NCBI GenBank assembly: GCA_009995545.1
Contig: JAACPI010000003.1
Coordinates: 5,781-69,780 of the forward strand
Direction: 5' to 3'
DNA: 64,000 bases
From: a bacterium
GTDB taxonomy: Bacteria > Patescibacteriota > WWE3 > 2-01-FULL-39-13 > JAACPI01
Within the stretch, counting starts at the first letter, position 1, and each line of letters starts with the position of its first letter. Shown one piece after another: positions 36,798 through 47,787 of the stretch. A program made the position numbers and the translations under genes. The notes beneath the pieces are model-generated. The model saw nothing but the letters and a program-made list of their open reading frames with translations. It searched no databases and had not been told where the DNA came from.

Positions 36798-38105
36798 TTA
36801 GGATTGTAAAAGAGATATAGTTTCTTCTAGATTTATAGTTTTTTGTTCACCTGATTCCATATTTTTAATCGTAACTAAACCACTTTTAATCTCGTCCTCA
36901 CCCAATATAACCACATAAGGGATTTTAGACTTATTAGCGTAGTCCAATTGTTTATTTAAAGATAAATTTTTACCTAAATAAACTTGGGAGTTTATATTTT
37001 CTTTTCTAAGCTTAGTTAAAATTTCCGCTGACAGAGAATTAAATTCTTCGGATAAGGCACAAACAAGTACCCTAGTAGAAACTGCAGATACTTCCGGTAA
37101 AGTACCTAGTTCCAAAAGAACCTCAAAAAGACGTGTTAGTCCTATAGACATGCCCACGCCAGGCAACCTTTGATTACTATAGTAGTTAACCAAGTCATCG
37201 TATCTACCACCGCTAGCAATACTTCCATAGTTTACAGCGATATCAATAAAAGTTTCGAAAACAGAGGAAGTATAGTAATCTAACCCCCTAACAACCGATA
37301 AATCTATTTCTAAATAATCAGGATCTATACCCATTGAGATTAATAAATTATAAAGACTTTGTAGCTCAGTAGCGCCTTCACTGCCTTCTAAAGAACATTC
37401 TTTTATAATTGACTCTATTTTCATAAAGTCACCTTTTAATGTAAAAGTATCTAATATTTTTAAGGACTTTTCTCTGTCTTTAACTAAAGTATTTAGTTGT
37501 TCTATAGCGGAGCTTTTTCCTATTTTTGACAGTTTATCTATTATTCTTAAAATTTCAGTAGACTGCTCCCCTACCTCTAAAAAACTAAGAATTTCCTTTA
37601 CCAACTTTCTATTATTTATACTAATTGTAAATTTAGGGATATTCAGGCTCTTTAAAGCAGAATAAACAGCAAAAACAGAATCAGCATCTGCAACAACACT
37701 AGTATTTCCTAAAATATCTACGTCACATTGGTAAAATTCCCTAGACCTACCTTTTTGTGCTTTTTCGGCTCGCCATACTTTTTGAATTTGATATCTCTTA
37801 AAGGGGAAAGTGAGCTGACTGTAGTTTTGAGATACATATCTAGCAAGAGGAACAGTCAAGTCATACCTAAGGGTTAGGTTATTCTTACCTTTTGTAAAAC
37901 TATAAACCTGTTTTTCAGTCTCACCACCACCCTTAGCCAGAAGCACTTCAGTAAGTTCTAGATTACTGGTTTCAAGTGGGATATAGCCCAAACTTTCGTA
38001 TGTACTAGAAATTTGACGTTTAAATTTTTCAAAAATAACCTGATGACTGGGAAGAAGTTCTTTAAAACCACTAGGAAGCCTAGGGATGACTTTTTTAATA
38101 CTCAT
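36798..38105 (-). CDS. hisS: Histidyl-tRNA synthetase
   Basis: Class II motifs, GGRYDDLV, HGG-like region, C-terminal anticodon-binding domain. Confidence 0.9.
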   Translation of the reverse strand: MSIKKVIPRLPSGFKELLPSHQVIFEKFKRQISSTYESLGYIPLETSNLELTEVLLAKGGGETEKQVYSFTKGKNNLTLRYDLTVPLARYVSQNYSQLTFPFKRYQIQKVWRAEKAQKGRSREFYQCDVDILGNTSVVADADSVFAVYSALKSLNIPKFTISINNRKLVKEILSFLEVGEQSTEILRIIDKLSKIGKSSAIEQLNTLVKDREKSLKILDTFTLKGDFMKIESIIKECSLEGSEGATELQSLYNLLISMGIDPDYLEIDLSVVRGLDYYTSSVFETFIDIAVNYGSIASGGRYDDLVNYYSNQRLPGVGMSIGLTRLFEVLLELGTLPEVSAVSTRVLVCALSEEFNSLSAEILTKLRKENINSQVYLGKNLSLNKQLDYANKSKIPYVVILGEDEIKSGLVTIKNMESGEQKTINLEETISLLQS

Positions 38106-38132
38106 ATGTACATTTTAACAGACTAAAAAGTT

Positions 38133-38405
38133 TTAGTAACTAATGGTTGTTTTTACGCCCTGAATATAAGAAATGACTTCGGAAATAAATTCTCCTATGA
38201 AAGGAACCCACTCAAAAAAAGATAAAATGTATACTGACAAGGCTAAAAATACAGAAACACCTACAAGAGTTCCTAATCCTCGAGCGACACCCATAGTAAA
38301 GTTTACCCAAAACAGTTTTGAGGGATGCTGATACAGTTGAACTAGTCTCAGTTGTCTGATAAGTCTTAATTCTTTTAATAAAGGTTTAGTATCGTCGGCA
38401 GACAT
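38133..38405 (-). CDS. Small membrane protein
   Basis: Two TM helices. 90 aa. Confidence 0.35.
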   Translation of the reverse strand: MSADDTKPLLKELRLIRQLRLVQLYQHPSKLFWVNFTMGVARGLGTLVGVSVFLALSVYILSFFEWVPFIGEFISEVISYIQGVKTTISY

Positions 38406-38430
38406 TAAAATAAGAATACCTTATTATAGT

Positions 38431-38775
38431 TTACTCGACAACAAGTGTATTACTGCCACTATGTATTAAGTCTAAAAATAAATTCACATGTTCTAACACC
38501 GTTGGATCATACGAATTTAAATAAGTGGCCTTGAAAATAAACAGCTCTTTAAAGGAAACGTACTCACCGTCTATTTTAGTAACGAACTCTAAGAGCACCT
38601 GATCTACAGATAAACCACTACTTAAAAGAGCTGTGTATCTATAGTTAATATGCTTAGGGGTATCATCAAGATCAGTAATATAGTGAATTTTGGAGGCTTT
38701 TTTCTCTTTTATTAAAGAGATCTTACCGATATCTAATTTTTTCTTAATTTCCTCAAGCATCGAATTATTATACAC
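38431..38775 (-). CDS. Hypothetical protein
   Basis: 114-aa ORF. Confidence 0.35.
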   Translation of the reverse strand: MYNNSMLEEIKKKLDIGKISLIKEKKASKIHYITDLDDTPKHINYRYTALLSSGLSVDQVLLEFVTKIDGEYVSFKELFIFKATYLNSYDPTVLEHVNLFLDLIHSGSNTLVVE

Positions 38776-38784
38776 TATAGGTTG

Positions 38785-39297
38785 CTATTTAACAATAATT
38801 TGCCTATATTTTAAGAAATAACCTGCGATAGCCCCCGATATGGCCACGTTCATCGATTTATTAGAACCGAACATAGGGATAAAAAAAGTTGAAAGGCTTA
38901 TGGTTAAATAGGCATCTTCGATGCCGCTAACCTCATTACCTAAAACTAAGACAAACGAATCCGTTTTTATTGAAGAATCAAAAATACTTTTACAACCAAC
39001 CACACCCTCCTCTAAACAGTATAAATCCAGTTTTTTTTCAAGGGTAAATCTAATTGCTTCTTCTGGTTTTACAAAATACTCCCAATTAACTGTATCCAAT
39101 GTTTTAACTGCTGTTTTTCTAAGTTTTTTTTCGACACTTTTAATTTCATAAGGCAATCTAGCATCTTTGAAAACCTTTGGATGCGGAGTAATTCCTTGAA
39201 CCAAAACTCCCCAACCAAGGCTATCTGCAATCCTGAAAATAGATCCTACATTTTCAATAGATCTAATATTATTTAATAGAAAATAATTTGAAGGCAT
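38785..39297 (-). CDS. SpoU/TrmH-family RNA 2'-O-methyltransferase. Start placed at the internal Met MPSNYF; the ORF extends to 39375.
   Basis: IENVGSIFRIADSLGWG, VLVLGNEVSGI, MFGSNKSMNVAISGAIAGY (SPOUT motifs). Confidence 0.65.
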   Translation of the reverse strand: MPSNYFLLNNIRSIENVGSIFRIADSLGWGVLVQGITPHPKVFKDARLPYEIKSVEKKLRKTAVKTLDTVNWEYFVKPEEAIRFTLEKKLDLYCLEEGVVGCKSIFDSSIKTDSFVLVLGNEVSGIEDAYLTISLSTFFIPMFGSNKSMNVAISGAIAGYFLKYRQIIVK

Positions 39298-39328
39298 ATT
39301 CCTTGAAAATTTAGTTAAAAACTTGGTG

Positions 39329-40753
39329 TTAAAAAATAACCTGAGAATCCGACTTTTCCCAGGTAGACAGGTCATTCAGTATTTCCCAAGGATAAAACGA
39401 TTTAATATCGGGCGAACTTTTCAGTTTGGCTGAGTAAAAAAAGGTTTGTGCGGGATGTACGATAAACGTAGCTAAAGACTCTTCAGAAAATACGCTTTGA
39501 AATATATCATAATGTTTCTGTCTCTCCTCAATTCCTACAGCATCTCTGCCTTCTTCTAAGGATTTGTCTGTTCTTACCGACGAGTAGTTAGAAAAATTCA
39601 ATCCCTGTTTATTTTGGCTGCTGTGCCAAAAAACATACCTATCAGGATCTAATCCGTATTCCTGAGCAATTAAAACCAAGTCATAATCGATATCTCTTAT
39701 ATGCTCCACGTAATTTTCCTTATCTAAAGATATAGTTTTAATCTGCCCAACTTCTCTATCTTTAAACTGTTTTGTTATATTATCAGCAATTAACTTTGCT
39801 TCACGAACCTTTGGGATAACCAAAACCAATTCGTTGCTTATAGAAAAATTAAAATTGGGGTCATAACTAATCTGCTCAAAACTATCAGAGTCTGCCCAGG
39901 TACCTGAAAGAGGTCCATGGGGACGTACTCCACTTGGGTACTCCTGATAATCAAGTAACTCAGTATAATCTATGGATTTAGCAAGACTACGTCTGTTTTC
40001 TTGATTTAAATATTCCTTATCAGTATTAAATACTAAAAGGTATGACCTACTAAAGAAAATATTGTCTACAGTCTTAAAACCTTCAATAGGATCATCCCTG
40101 TTTGAAATAATGCTATCTACCTCTCTTAATTTTAGGCCTATGAGTAGAGATTCCTCGTTATCGTAAAACTTTATAGATAATTTTTTGAAATTCGGGGATT
40201 TTTCCCTATTTATTAAAACAACTTCTTTAACCTTAGATCTCTCTTTTTTCACCCTTATAATTTGGTATTTAGAGCTACCCAGAGGCAGAAAATCGTTTTC
40301 TTTACCACGCATATGCGCGGGAAGAAGCTTTAAAGACAAAACGCTGGGGAAAGCGCTATACTTATTTGGAAGAATAAAACGTACCTTGTAGTTATTTATT
40401 TTGTCCGAAGAAACCTCAGAGAGATTTTTAGAAATTGACGCGGTGTACAAGATATCGTCAGCTGTTATTTCGACACCATCCTGCCAAAACTGATTTTCTT
40501 TTAGGGTAACTTCGTAAACTAAACCATCTTCAATTACAGTATAACTATCCAGTAAATCTAACGTCTCCTCACCTGTAGCAGGGTTTAGGTAAAGAAGCTT
40601 GCGATAAATAAGTTCTGAAACTAATTTTTCCGAATCATTTGAAACTTTATCTGCTAAAAAAGTATTGGGCTGTCCTTGAACACCGTGACTCCAAGAAGAC
40701 ACAGGTAAAAAAGAAACAATAAAATAAAGAACGTAGTATAAAAAAGAAATCAT
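39329..40753 (-). CDS. Extracellular solute-binding protein, family 5 (Opp/Dpp-like), truncated form
   Basis: N-terminal TM/signal segment. Family-5 N-terminal block (LVYEVTLKENQFWQDGVEITADDILYT). Confidence 0.5.
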   Translation of the reverse strand: MISFLYYVLYFIVSFLPVSSWSHGVQGQPNTFLADKVSNDSEKLVSELIYRKLLYLNPATGEETLDLLDSYTVIEDGLVYEVTLKENQFWQDGVEITADDILYTASISKNLSEVSSDKINNYKVRFILPNKYSAFPSVLSLKLLPAHMRGKENDFLPLGSSKYQIIRVKKERSKVKEVVLINREKSPNFKKLSIKFYDNEESLLIGLKLREVDSIISNRDDPIEGFKTVDNIFFSRSYLLVFNTDKEYLNQENRRSLAKSIDYTELLDYQEYPSGVRPHGPLSGTWADSDSFEQISYDPNFNFSISNELVLVIPKVREAKLIADNITKQFKDREVGQIKTISLDKENYVEHIRDIDYDLVLIAQEYGLDPDRYVFWHSSQNKQGLNFSNYSSVRTDKSLEEGRDAVGIEERQKHYDIFQSVFSEESLATFIVHPAQTFFYSAKLKSSPDIKSFYPWEILNDLSTWEKSDSQVIF

Positions 40754-40759
40754 TTAAGG

Positions 40760-40978
40760 TTAAATTCCCAAAACCCTATATAGGCCTAGTAAACAAAAGA
40801 TAATTACACATACAATGGTTAATTGATGTAAAAATTTTTCGCTGCCACGTCTAGTAGATTGAAAGGATCCGCCGCCGAAGAGAGTGGAAAAACCGCTACT
40901 ACGACCTTGTAAAATAATTAAGATTACTATTAAAATCGACACTAGAAAGTGAAAAAAAACTACTATATTTTGAATCAT
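40760..40978 (-). CDS. secG: Preprotein translocase subunit SecG
   Basis: ILQGRSSGFSTLFGGGSFQSTRRGSEKFL...TIVCVIIF matches the SecG signature. 72 aa. Confidence 0.7.
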   Translation of the reverse strand: MIQNIVVFFHFLVSILIVILIILQGRSSGFSTLFGGGSFQSTRRGSEKFLHQLTIVCVIIFCLLGLYRVLGI

Positions 40979-40981
40979 AAT

Positions 40982-41395
40982 TTAAGAGTCTTTTCTTTTA
41001 AAAACCCAGGTAAAAACTCGAGTTAATACTACCACAAAGAGTGCAGATACAACATAATTCAAAGGAAAGCCAATTAAATACTTAGGAAATATTATAAAAT
41101 TAGTAGCTAATCCAGGAAACTCCCAAGGAATTACTTTTAATCCAGTAATTAACTCCGTTGTAACATAAAAAACAAGCACAGCCGCTACCCACCTTAGTAA
41201 ACCAAAAGTGATCATATTAACTGGAATTAACACCAATTTAAGTACAGGCTTTAAAAATTTATTTAAAACTGTTAAGGCTAAAGCGGCTAAAAGTACGTCC
41301 TCAAAACCGCCTTCTAATATTACGGTGGGAAAATACTGCCAGGCTACAATAAAAGATAAAACGTTAATTAAAAAGGCACGGAGTAATACTTTCAT
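40982..41395 (-). CDS. Integral membrane protein (4 TM)
   Basis: Hydrophobic throughout. Confidence 0.4.
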   Translation of the reverse strand: MKVLLRAFLINVLSFIVAWQYFPTVILEGGFEDVLLAALALTVLNKFLKPVLKLVLIPVNMITFGLLRWVAAVLVFYVTTELITGLKVIPWEFPGLATNFIIFPKYLIGFPLNYVVSALFVVVLTRVFTWVFKRKDS

Positions 41396-41439
41396 TTGTA
41401 TATAATAACGTAATCCTACGTTCTGTTGAATAGGGTAAA

Positions 41440-42810
41440 TTAAACTTTAATAGAGGAACTTCTAAGTTTTCGATTATAGCTCAAACCAAAACGATGAACC
41501 TCATTACGACCTTTTATTAAAATCTGTAAAGCCGGGTCACTTTTTGGCAGTTCAATTGATCTGTAATTGCTTCTAGAGCTTACATCCAAACTTCTTAGGG
41601 GTTTTAAAAATATTGTTTCGTCTTTTTTTGCCAAAGAAATAGTAGGTATCTTGTGTTTTTCAACTATATTTAATGCCTTTGACAGTTGGCCCTTACCCCC
41701 ATCTATCACTATTAAATCGGGTTTACCCCAGTCAGAAAAGTGCCGCACCCTTCTTTTTAATATTTCTTCCATAGCCCCAAAGTCATTTTGTTTGCTTTGA
41801 TGCTTTATCCTAAACCTCCTATAAAGGCTTTTATTAAAATCCTCACCTTCTAAGGTTATAAATGATCCCACTATATAGCTGTCCGCTAAATTTGAAATAT
41901 CGTAGAATTCAATTTTAAATTTTTTAAGTTTTTTAACAGAATCTTTTAGATAGAGATCATAAGTAGGAAAATAAAAAGATAGAATTTTAATAAGCTTTAA
42001 CAAGTTGCTCCCTGCCTTCTCTAAATCTCCTATGCCCTCAAGTAATTCTTCACCAGACTTGTAGGATTGAGATAAGTATTTATAGGTATTTAAACTATCT
42101 CTATATTTTGCAGCTTTTTCGAAGTCTAGGTCGCTAGAAGACCTAAGCATTTCCTTTTGTAAATCCTTTATAACTTTTTGATAACTTCCGTTTAAAAACT
42201 CTTTAATCTTAAGTATATTTAACTCATTTACCTTTATAGCACTGGGATCTACACAGGGAGCAGGGCAAAGACCCAGTTTTCCGTATAAGCAACTTCGACC
42301 CAATTTATGATATGTACCAAATTTATTGTCAGAGCAGTTTCGGTAAGGAAATAGCTTTCTTATATCCCTAAGAACTGTATTTACAGCATTTCCATCTGGA
42401 TAAGGGCCAAAGTAGGACCCTTTTTGATCTTTTTTTCTACTAGTTTCTATCTTATAGGTACCATTCTTACTTTTAGTAATCTTAATAAATTTGTAAAACT
42501 TATCGTCTTTTAAGTTTTTATTGTAAGCTGGTTGGTACTGCTTAATTAAGTTTGCTTCTAAAACTAAAGCCTCTACCTCTGTGGATACTTCATAAAACTT
42601 AATTTTATTAGCACTAGACACTAATTTTTTAGTTTTGGGGTATTTATCTAAGACACTTAGATCCACATACGATCTTAATCTGCTTTTTAGTTTATTGGCC
42701 TTGCCTACGTATAATACTTTACCAAACTCATTGTAAAAAGAGTAAACTCCGGGAGTTTGGGGTACTTTTTCAATCTGCTTTTTAAGTAGTTCTATTTTTT
42801 CGATCAGCAT
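41440..42810 (-). CDS. uvrC: Excinuclease ABC subunit C, short form lacking the C-terminal (HhH)2
   Basis: GIY-YIG N-terminus (PGVYSFYNEFGKVLYVGKANKLKSRLRSY). UvrC Cys cluster. VIDGGKGQL RNase-H-like endonuclease block. Confidence 0.7.
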   Translation of the reverse strand: MLIEKIELLKKQIEKVPQTPGVYSFYNEFGKVLYVGKANKLKSRLRSYVDLSVLDKYPKTKKLVSSANKIKFYEVSTEVEALVLEANLIKQYQPAYNKNLKDDKFYKFIKITKSKNGTYKIETSRKKDQKGSYFGPYPDGNAVNTVLRDIRKLFPYRNCSDNKFGTYHKLGRSCLYGKLGLCPAPCVDPSAIKVNELNILKIKEFLNGSYQKVIKDLQKEMLRSSSDLDFEKAAKYRDSLNTYKYLSQSYKSGEELLEGIGDLEKAGSNLLKLIKILSFYFPTYDLYLKDSVKKLKKFKIEFYDISNLADSYIVGSFITLEGEDFNKSLYRRFRIKHQSKQNDFGAMEEILKRRVRHFSDWGKPDLIVIDGGKGQLSKALNIVEKHKIPTISLAKKDETIFLKPLRSLDVSSRSNYRSIELPKSDPALQILIKGRNEVHRFGLSYNRKLRSSSIKV

Positions 42811-42826
42811 CGAGTAAAATTATAAC

Positions 42827-44503
42827 ATGTTATATATTAGGCTTATCGCTATATTGTTAGGTTTTATGGCGTGTCACAACCCCTACGTTAATGCTAAATC
42901 AAATTACAGCACAGAACACGAAGTTGAATACTACTTAGGCATAGATAGAACCTATATAACCCACAAACTAAAAATAAATATTAATGATAAATACAAAGGT
43001 TTAGAAAGCTTAACCTTTATAGAACCTACAGAAGATATCTTAAATCTAAAACTAGAAAAAAATAACCTGGGTGCAGAGATCGAAGAAGAAAATGGCAAAA
43101 TATTTATAAACTTTAGAAATCTTTTGGTTGGGCCTAAAACCGAAACTATACAATTTAACTACAGTTCCGATACGATTTTTAGAAAAATTGGTAAAACATA
43201 CGTATTGGACATACCCAAGGTAAAAGAATCAGAATCAATAGATAGCTTTAACCTAAAAGTATATTTTCCAAAATCTACAGGGCAGTTACAAAGTTTTATC
43301 AACAATTTAAAAAATGATGATAAGGGGGCTTATCTCGTATTTAATAAAGAAGAGCTTATGGGTTTTGGGGAAACAATAATATTTGGTAACGAAGAGTACT
43401 ACGTTATGAAAGTAACTAATATTGTATCCCCAGATAAAAATTATATTGTCCTTCCTACAACCATCACAGACAGGCAAGAAGTATATGTACAGAATATATC
43501 AAAGCCTCCCTACAGGGTTAGTATAGACATGGATAAAAACACCATCTTATATTATAAAGTTAGTTCCCCAGAAAAAATAACTACAGATTATACAGTTAAA
43601 GTATACGGTAATAAGTCAAAAGCGGTAAATAATTTTTATTATACAGATACAAAGGCTATCAAGAACTGGGACTACACAGAAGGATACCCAAAGTACGTAT
43701 TATCCAATCTTAAAGGTAGCGAGAAGTATGGTCAGTTACAGGATATTTTCAGTATCACCAAGGAGACACTTAGCTATAGTAGTGAAAAATCTAACTATGA
43801 TTATATAAACAGAATAGGGGCAGAAAACTTGAATAATAAAAATTTTTCACAATCAGTTTGTTTAGAATACACTGACCTTCTTATAGCATTACTAAGAGGT
43901 GTAAAAATACCTGCAAGGGAAATTAATGGTTATGCACTTAACACTAGCAACACAGAAAAACCCTTACCCCACTCTTGGGTAGAATATTTAGATAAAAACG
44001 GTTATTGGGTGCAAGTAGACCCAACTTGGGCAGACACATCTAACCAAAATTATTTTGATACCTTTGATCTTTACCATATAGGATTTTTAACTAAAGGGGT
44101 GAATTCGGAGTCCCCAAAGCTGGCTGGAAGTCATAAAATTGGAGTATTAGAAGAGGCAGTTGAGTTGAGTATACTTACTGAAATACCTAGAACAGAACAA
44201 GTCGCGGTTAAAAAAGTTGGTCTTGGACCTTTATTAATAGTTAAAAACGATTCCTACAACACAATCTCTTTTACAAACAAACTTTTAAAACCTAAAAGTT
44301 GGGGTTTTTATTTTAATGAAGAACTAAAAACAAGTAACACACTTTTTGACGTAAAGTGGGAAAAGTTAAACTTTAAGGATTTCTTAGGTGATTCGTTATT
44401 TTACTTTGTTCCATTAATAATCTCGCCCTTAGTGTTTTATATTATTCACAAAAAGTTAAAAAAATTATCTAAAAACAAAAATAAAATTAAAAGTATTATT
44501 TAA
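42827..44503 (+). CDS. Transglutaminase-like cysteine protease-fold protein, secreted, with a C-terminal TM anchor
   Basis: Core CLEYTDLLIALLRGVKIPAREINGY. N-terminal signal peptide. C-terminal TM plus KKLKK tail. Confidence 0.6.
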   Translation: MLYIRLIAILLGFMACHNPYVNAKSNYSTEHEVEYYLGIDRTYITHKLKININDKYKGLESLTFIEPTEDILNLKLEKNNLGAEIEEENGKIFINFRNLLVGPKTETIQFNYSSDTIFRKIGKTYVLDIPKVKESESIDSFNLKVYFPKSTGQLQSFINNLKNDDKGAYLVFNKEELMGFGETIIFGNEEYYVMKVTNIVSPDKNYIVLPTTITDRQEVYVQNISKPPYRVSIDMDKNTILYYKVSSPEKITTDYTVKVYGNKSKAVNNFYYTDTKAIKNWDYTEGYPKYVLSNLKGSEKYGQLQDIFSITKETLSYSSEKSNYDYINRIGAENLNNKNFSQSVCLEYTDLLIALLRGVKIPAREINGYALNTSNTEKPLPHSWVEYLDKNGYWVQVDPTWADTSNQNYFDTFDLYHIGFLTKGVNSESPKLAGSHKIGVLEEAVELSILTEIPRTEQVAVKKVGLGPLLIVKNDSYNTISFTNKLLKPKSWGFYFNEELKTSNTLFDVKWEKLNFKDFLGDSLFYFVPLIISPLVFYIIHKKLKKLSKNKNKIKSII

Positions 44504-44512
44504 AAAATTTAC

Positions 44513-47500
44513 TTATAAGTAATAAAGTTCTCTAAGTGCAAAGGCGGTTTTGCTGTCCTTATCTTTTAACAAGTTATCCACCGTACCTTGAAACATTATT
44601 TTACCGCCTTCTTCTCCACCTGCAGGCCCTAAATCAATCACCCAGTCAGCTGATTTAATTACGTCTAGGTTATGTTCAATAACCAAAACAGTATTTCCTC
44701 GTGCAACAAGCTTTTTTAGAATAGAAATAAGTCTTTCTAAGTCTGCAAAGTGCAACCCTGTAGTTGGCTCGTCTAAAATGTAAAATGTGTGTCCTCTAGG
44801 TATTTTACTAAGCTCGGTGGCTAATTTTACCCTTTGCGCTTCTCCACCACTTAAAGTAGGAGCTGGTTGCCCTAACCTAATATAGCCTAAACCTACCTCG
44901 TGTAGAGTTCTAAGTTTTCTTTCAATATTTCTATGATTTTTAAAAAAATCTAGGGCCTCTGTTACTGTCATTTCTAAAACATCTGCAATATTTTTATCTT
45001 TAAAGTAAACATCTAAAACCTCTTCTGTATATCTTTTTCCCTCACAAACCTCACAGTCTACGTAAACATCAGGCATAAACTGCATCTCAATTTTAATTTG
45101 GCCATCTCCCCTACACGCTTCGCACCTTCCACCTTTAACATTAAAAGAAAACCTTCCCTGGTTATAACCTCTAATGCGAGCATCCTTTGTCTGTGCAAAA
45201 ACTTTTCTAATTTCATCAAAGGCTTTAGTGTAGGTTGCAGGGTTGCTTCGAGGAGTTCTCCCTATAGGGCTTTGGTCAATATCTATTATCTTTTTAACAT
45301 CCTCAGCACCTAGTATACCGTCGTTTTCTTGAGGAGCACTGTCGTTTTTTAATCCTAGTTCTTTTCTAAGTTCTTTTAAAAGAGTTTCATTTACTAAGGT
45401 AGATTTCCCGCTTCCGCTTACACCAGTAACACAAACAAACTTACTTAAAGGTATCTCTACATCCACATTTTTTAAATTATGCCCCCTAGCACCTATTACT
45501 TTAATAACCTTACCTTTTCCATACTTCTTAATCTCATCCTTAATATCTTTTAATGTTTGTTTTTCTTCCTTAATTAAAAATTCCTCGGGGTTTATCTTCT
45601 TTTTTCCAGACAAATACTTACCAGTTAAACTATTGGGATTTTGCATTATTTCATCAGGAGTACCTTGTGCTACAACCTGACCTCCAAGTTCACCCGCACC
45701 AGGACCAAAGTCTATTATATAGTCGCTTTCAAGCATTGTTTGAGCATCGTGTTCGACCACCAATACTGTATTACCCAAGGCCTTAAGGTCTTTAAGGGTA
45801 GTAATAAGCCTGTCGTGATCTACAGAATGAAGTCCAATAGAGGGTTCGTCTAAAACGTAAAGTACCCCGGATAAACCACTCCCGATTTGACTAGCAAGTC
45901 TAATTCTTTGAGCCTCTCCCCCAGCTAAAGTGCTGCTGGAGCGGGCCAAAGTTAAATAAGTTAAACCAACACTAACCAAAAAATTTAATCTAGAAGATAC
46001 CTCTTTAGAGATAGACTGGCCAATGTCTTTTTCTCGTTTGCTTAAATTTGGGTCAGCCATTAAATTACTTATCCATTCAAAAGATTGTTTAATAGGCATT
46101 GAGGCTACATCTGCAATGCTTAAACCATTAATTCGTACGTATAAGGCTTCTTGTCTCAATCTAGCACCCTTACAAAGGGGGCACTGCTCTTTCATCATAT
46201 ACTTTTCTACCTCATTTTTTATATAGTCACTGTCGGTTTCGGCATAACGTCTTTCTAGATTAGGTATAATACCTTCCCACCTAAAATCAAAAGTCTTTTT
46301 AACACCTTCTGCAGAAACCCAAGGTGCCTTATATTTTTTTCCTTTTTTATCTTTAATATTGGCCACATTATTTAAAAGCCTTTGAGATATACGTCCTTTA
46401 ATAGAGCCGAAAAGCAAAATGTTTAAATGTTCCTCAGAAAGATCTTTCATGGGGACAGACAAGTTTATTTTTTCATCTTTTGCAACGGCTTCTAACCTTT
46501 TTCTAGTCCAACTACTTTTTTCACCTATGTCTCCTAGGGGGTATATCCCTCCTTCTAATACAGAAAGTACTGGGTTATATATTAGGTCTGTATCAATTTT
46601 TAAAATATTTCCCAACCCGCTACAATTTGGGCAAGCACCAAAGGGAGTATTGAAACTAAAAATTCTAGGCTCCACCTCAGGAAAATCGACCCCGCTCTCG
46701 TCAAATGCAAAATTTTCACTAAAAACGGTATCTTGCATGTCTTTAGGGCTATCCGGGAACTCTGCAGAAGAGTCTAATACCTTACTATAAGTAACTAGAC
46801 CATCACTTAACCTGGTAGAAGTTTCAATACTTTGAAACAAACGTGTTTTAAATTCTTTTAATTTTTCGTCATTTTTTAAAGTTTCTTTACCTATAACTAT
46901 TCGATCAACAACTACCTCGATAGTATGCTTATTTGTTTTTATAAGATTAATATCCTTGGATAAAGAATGGATTAAACCGTCTACTCTAACTTTTGTGTAT
47001 CCCTGCTTTTGTAAATTTTCAAGAAGTTTACTGTATTCACCCTTTCTTCCTCGTACAATTGGAGATAAAACAAGAGCCCAAACTCCTTTTATTTTAATAT
47101 CTCTATCATTTGTTATAAGGTCTAAAACATTATCTGTAATTTCATCTACACTTTGTCTTTTTATTTCTTTTCCTGTTTTTGGATCATAAACTCTACCTAT
47201 ACGGGCAAATAATACCCTTAAATAGTCATATATTTCGGTGACAGTACCCACGGTACTTCTAGGATTTTTGCTGGTTGTTTTTTGGTCAATCGCAATTGCT
47301 GGAGACAAACCCTCAATACTTTCTATTTCGGGTTTATTCATTACCCCTAAAAACTGTCTTGCGTAACTACTTAGGCTTTCTACATATCTTCTTTGCCCCT
47401 CGGCGTAAATGGTATCCATAGCCATACTACTTTTACCACTGCCGCTAACGCCTGTAAAAATTACGAGTTTATTTTTAGGAATATTCAGGTCTACGTTTTT

Positions 47501-47545
47501 TAAGTTATGTTCGCGGGCTCCGCGTACTTTTATTTGATCTTCCAA
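44513..47545 (-). CDS. uvrA: Excinuclease ABC subunit A
   Basis: Two ABC modules (GVSGSGKSS, LSGGEAQR), zinc fingers. 1010 aa. Confidence 0.95.
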   Translation of the reverse strand: MEDQIKVRGAREHNLKNVDLNIPKNKLVIFTGVSGSGKSSMAMDTIYAEGQRRYVESLSSYARQFLGVMNKPEIESIEGLSPAIAIDQKTTSKNPRSTVGTVTEIYDYLRVLFARIGRVYDPKTGKEIKRQSVDEITDNVLDLITNDRDIKIKGVWALVLSPIVRGRKGEYSKLLENLQKQGYTKVRVDGLIHSLSKDINLIKTNKHTIEVVVDRIVIGKETLKNDEKLKEFKTRLFQSIETSTRLSDGLVTYSKVLDSSAEFPDSPKDMQDTVFSENFAFDESGVDFPEVEPRIFSFNTPFGACPNCSGLGNILKIDTDLIYNPVLSVLEGGIYPLGDIGEKSSWTRKRLEAVAKDEKINLSVPMKDLSEEHLNILLFGSIKGRISQRLLNNVANIKDKKGKKYKAPWVSAEGVKKTFDFRWEGIIPNLERRYAETDSDYIKNEVEKYMMKEQCPLCKGARLRQEALYVRINGLSIADVASMPIKQSFEWISNLMADPNLSKREKDIGQSISKEVSSRLNFLVSVGLTYLTLARSSSTLAGGEAQRIRLASQIGSGLSGVLYVLDEPSIGLHSVDHDRLITTLKDLKALGNTVLVVEHDAQTMLESDYIIDFGPGAGELGGQVVAQGTPDEIMQNPNSLTGKYLSGKKKINPEEFLIKEEKQTLKDIKDEIKKYGKGKVIKVIGARGHNLKNVDVEIPLSKFVCVTGVSGSGKSTLVNETLLKELRKELGLKNDSAPQENDGILGAEDVKKIIDIDQSPIGRTPRSNPATYTKAFDEIRKVFAQTKDARIRGYNQGRFSFNVKGGRCEACRGDGQIKIEMQFMPDVYVDCEVCEGKRYTEEVLDVYFKDKNIADVLEMTVTEALDFFKNHRNIERKLRTLHEVGLGYIRLGQPAPTLSGGEAQRVKLATELSKIPRGHTFYILDEPTTGLHFADLERLISILKKLVARGNTVLVIEHNLDVIKSADWVIDLGPAGGEEGGKIMFQGTVDNLLKDKDSKTAFALRELYYL

Positions 47546-47787
47546 AATTGTGCAAAAGAGCTAATACACTAATGTGCTGAGGTGCTATATAGCAGATCAG
47601 TTGATTAGGTGTAGTTCTTGTTTTTGTACTTAATACAGCAAAAAGAAGTATAACACAAAATCACCTTTCGGGTAAAGTATGGGTTTTAATCGAAAGATAC
47701 TATTGTAGAATCTAAAAAGTCTTAATACCTTGAATTATCAAGCTTTTAATGCTATATTTAGATGCGTCCTAAAAACTAATTAACACT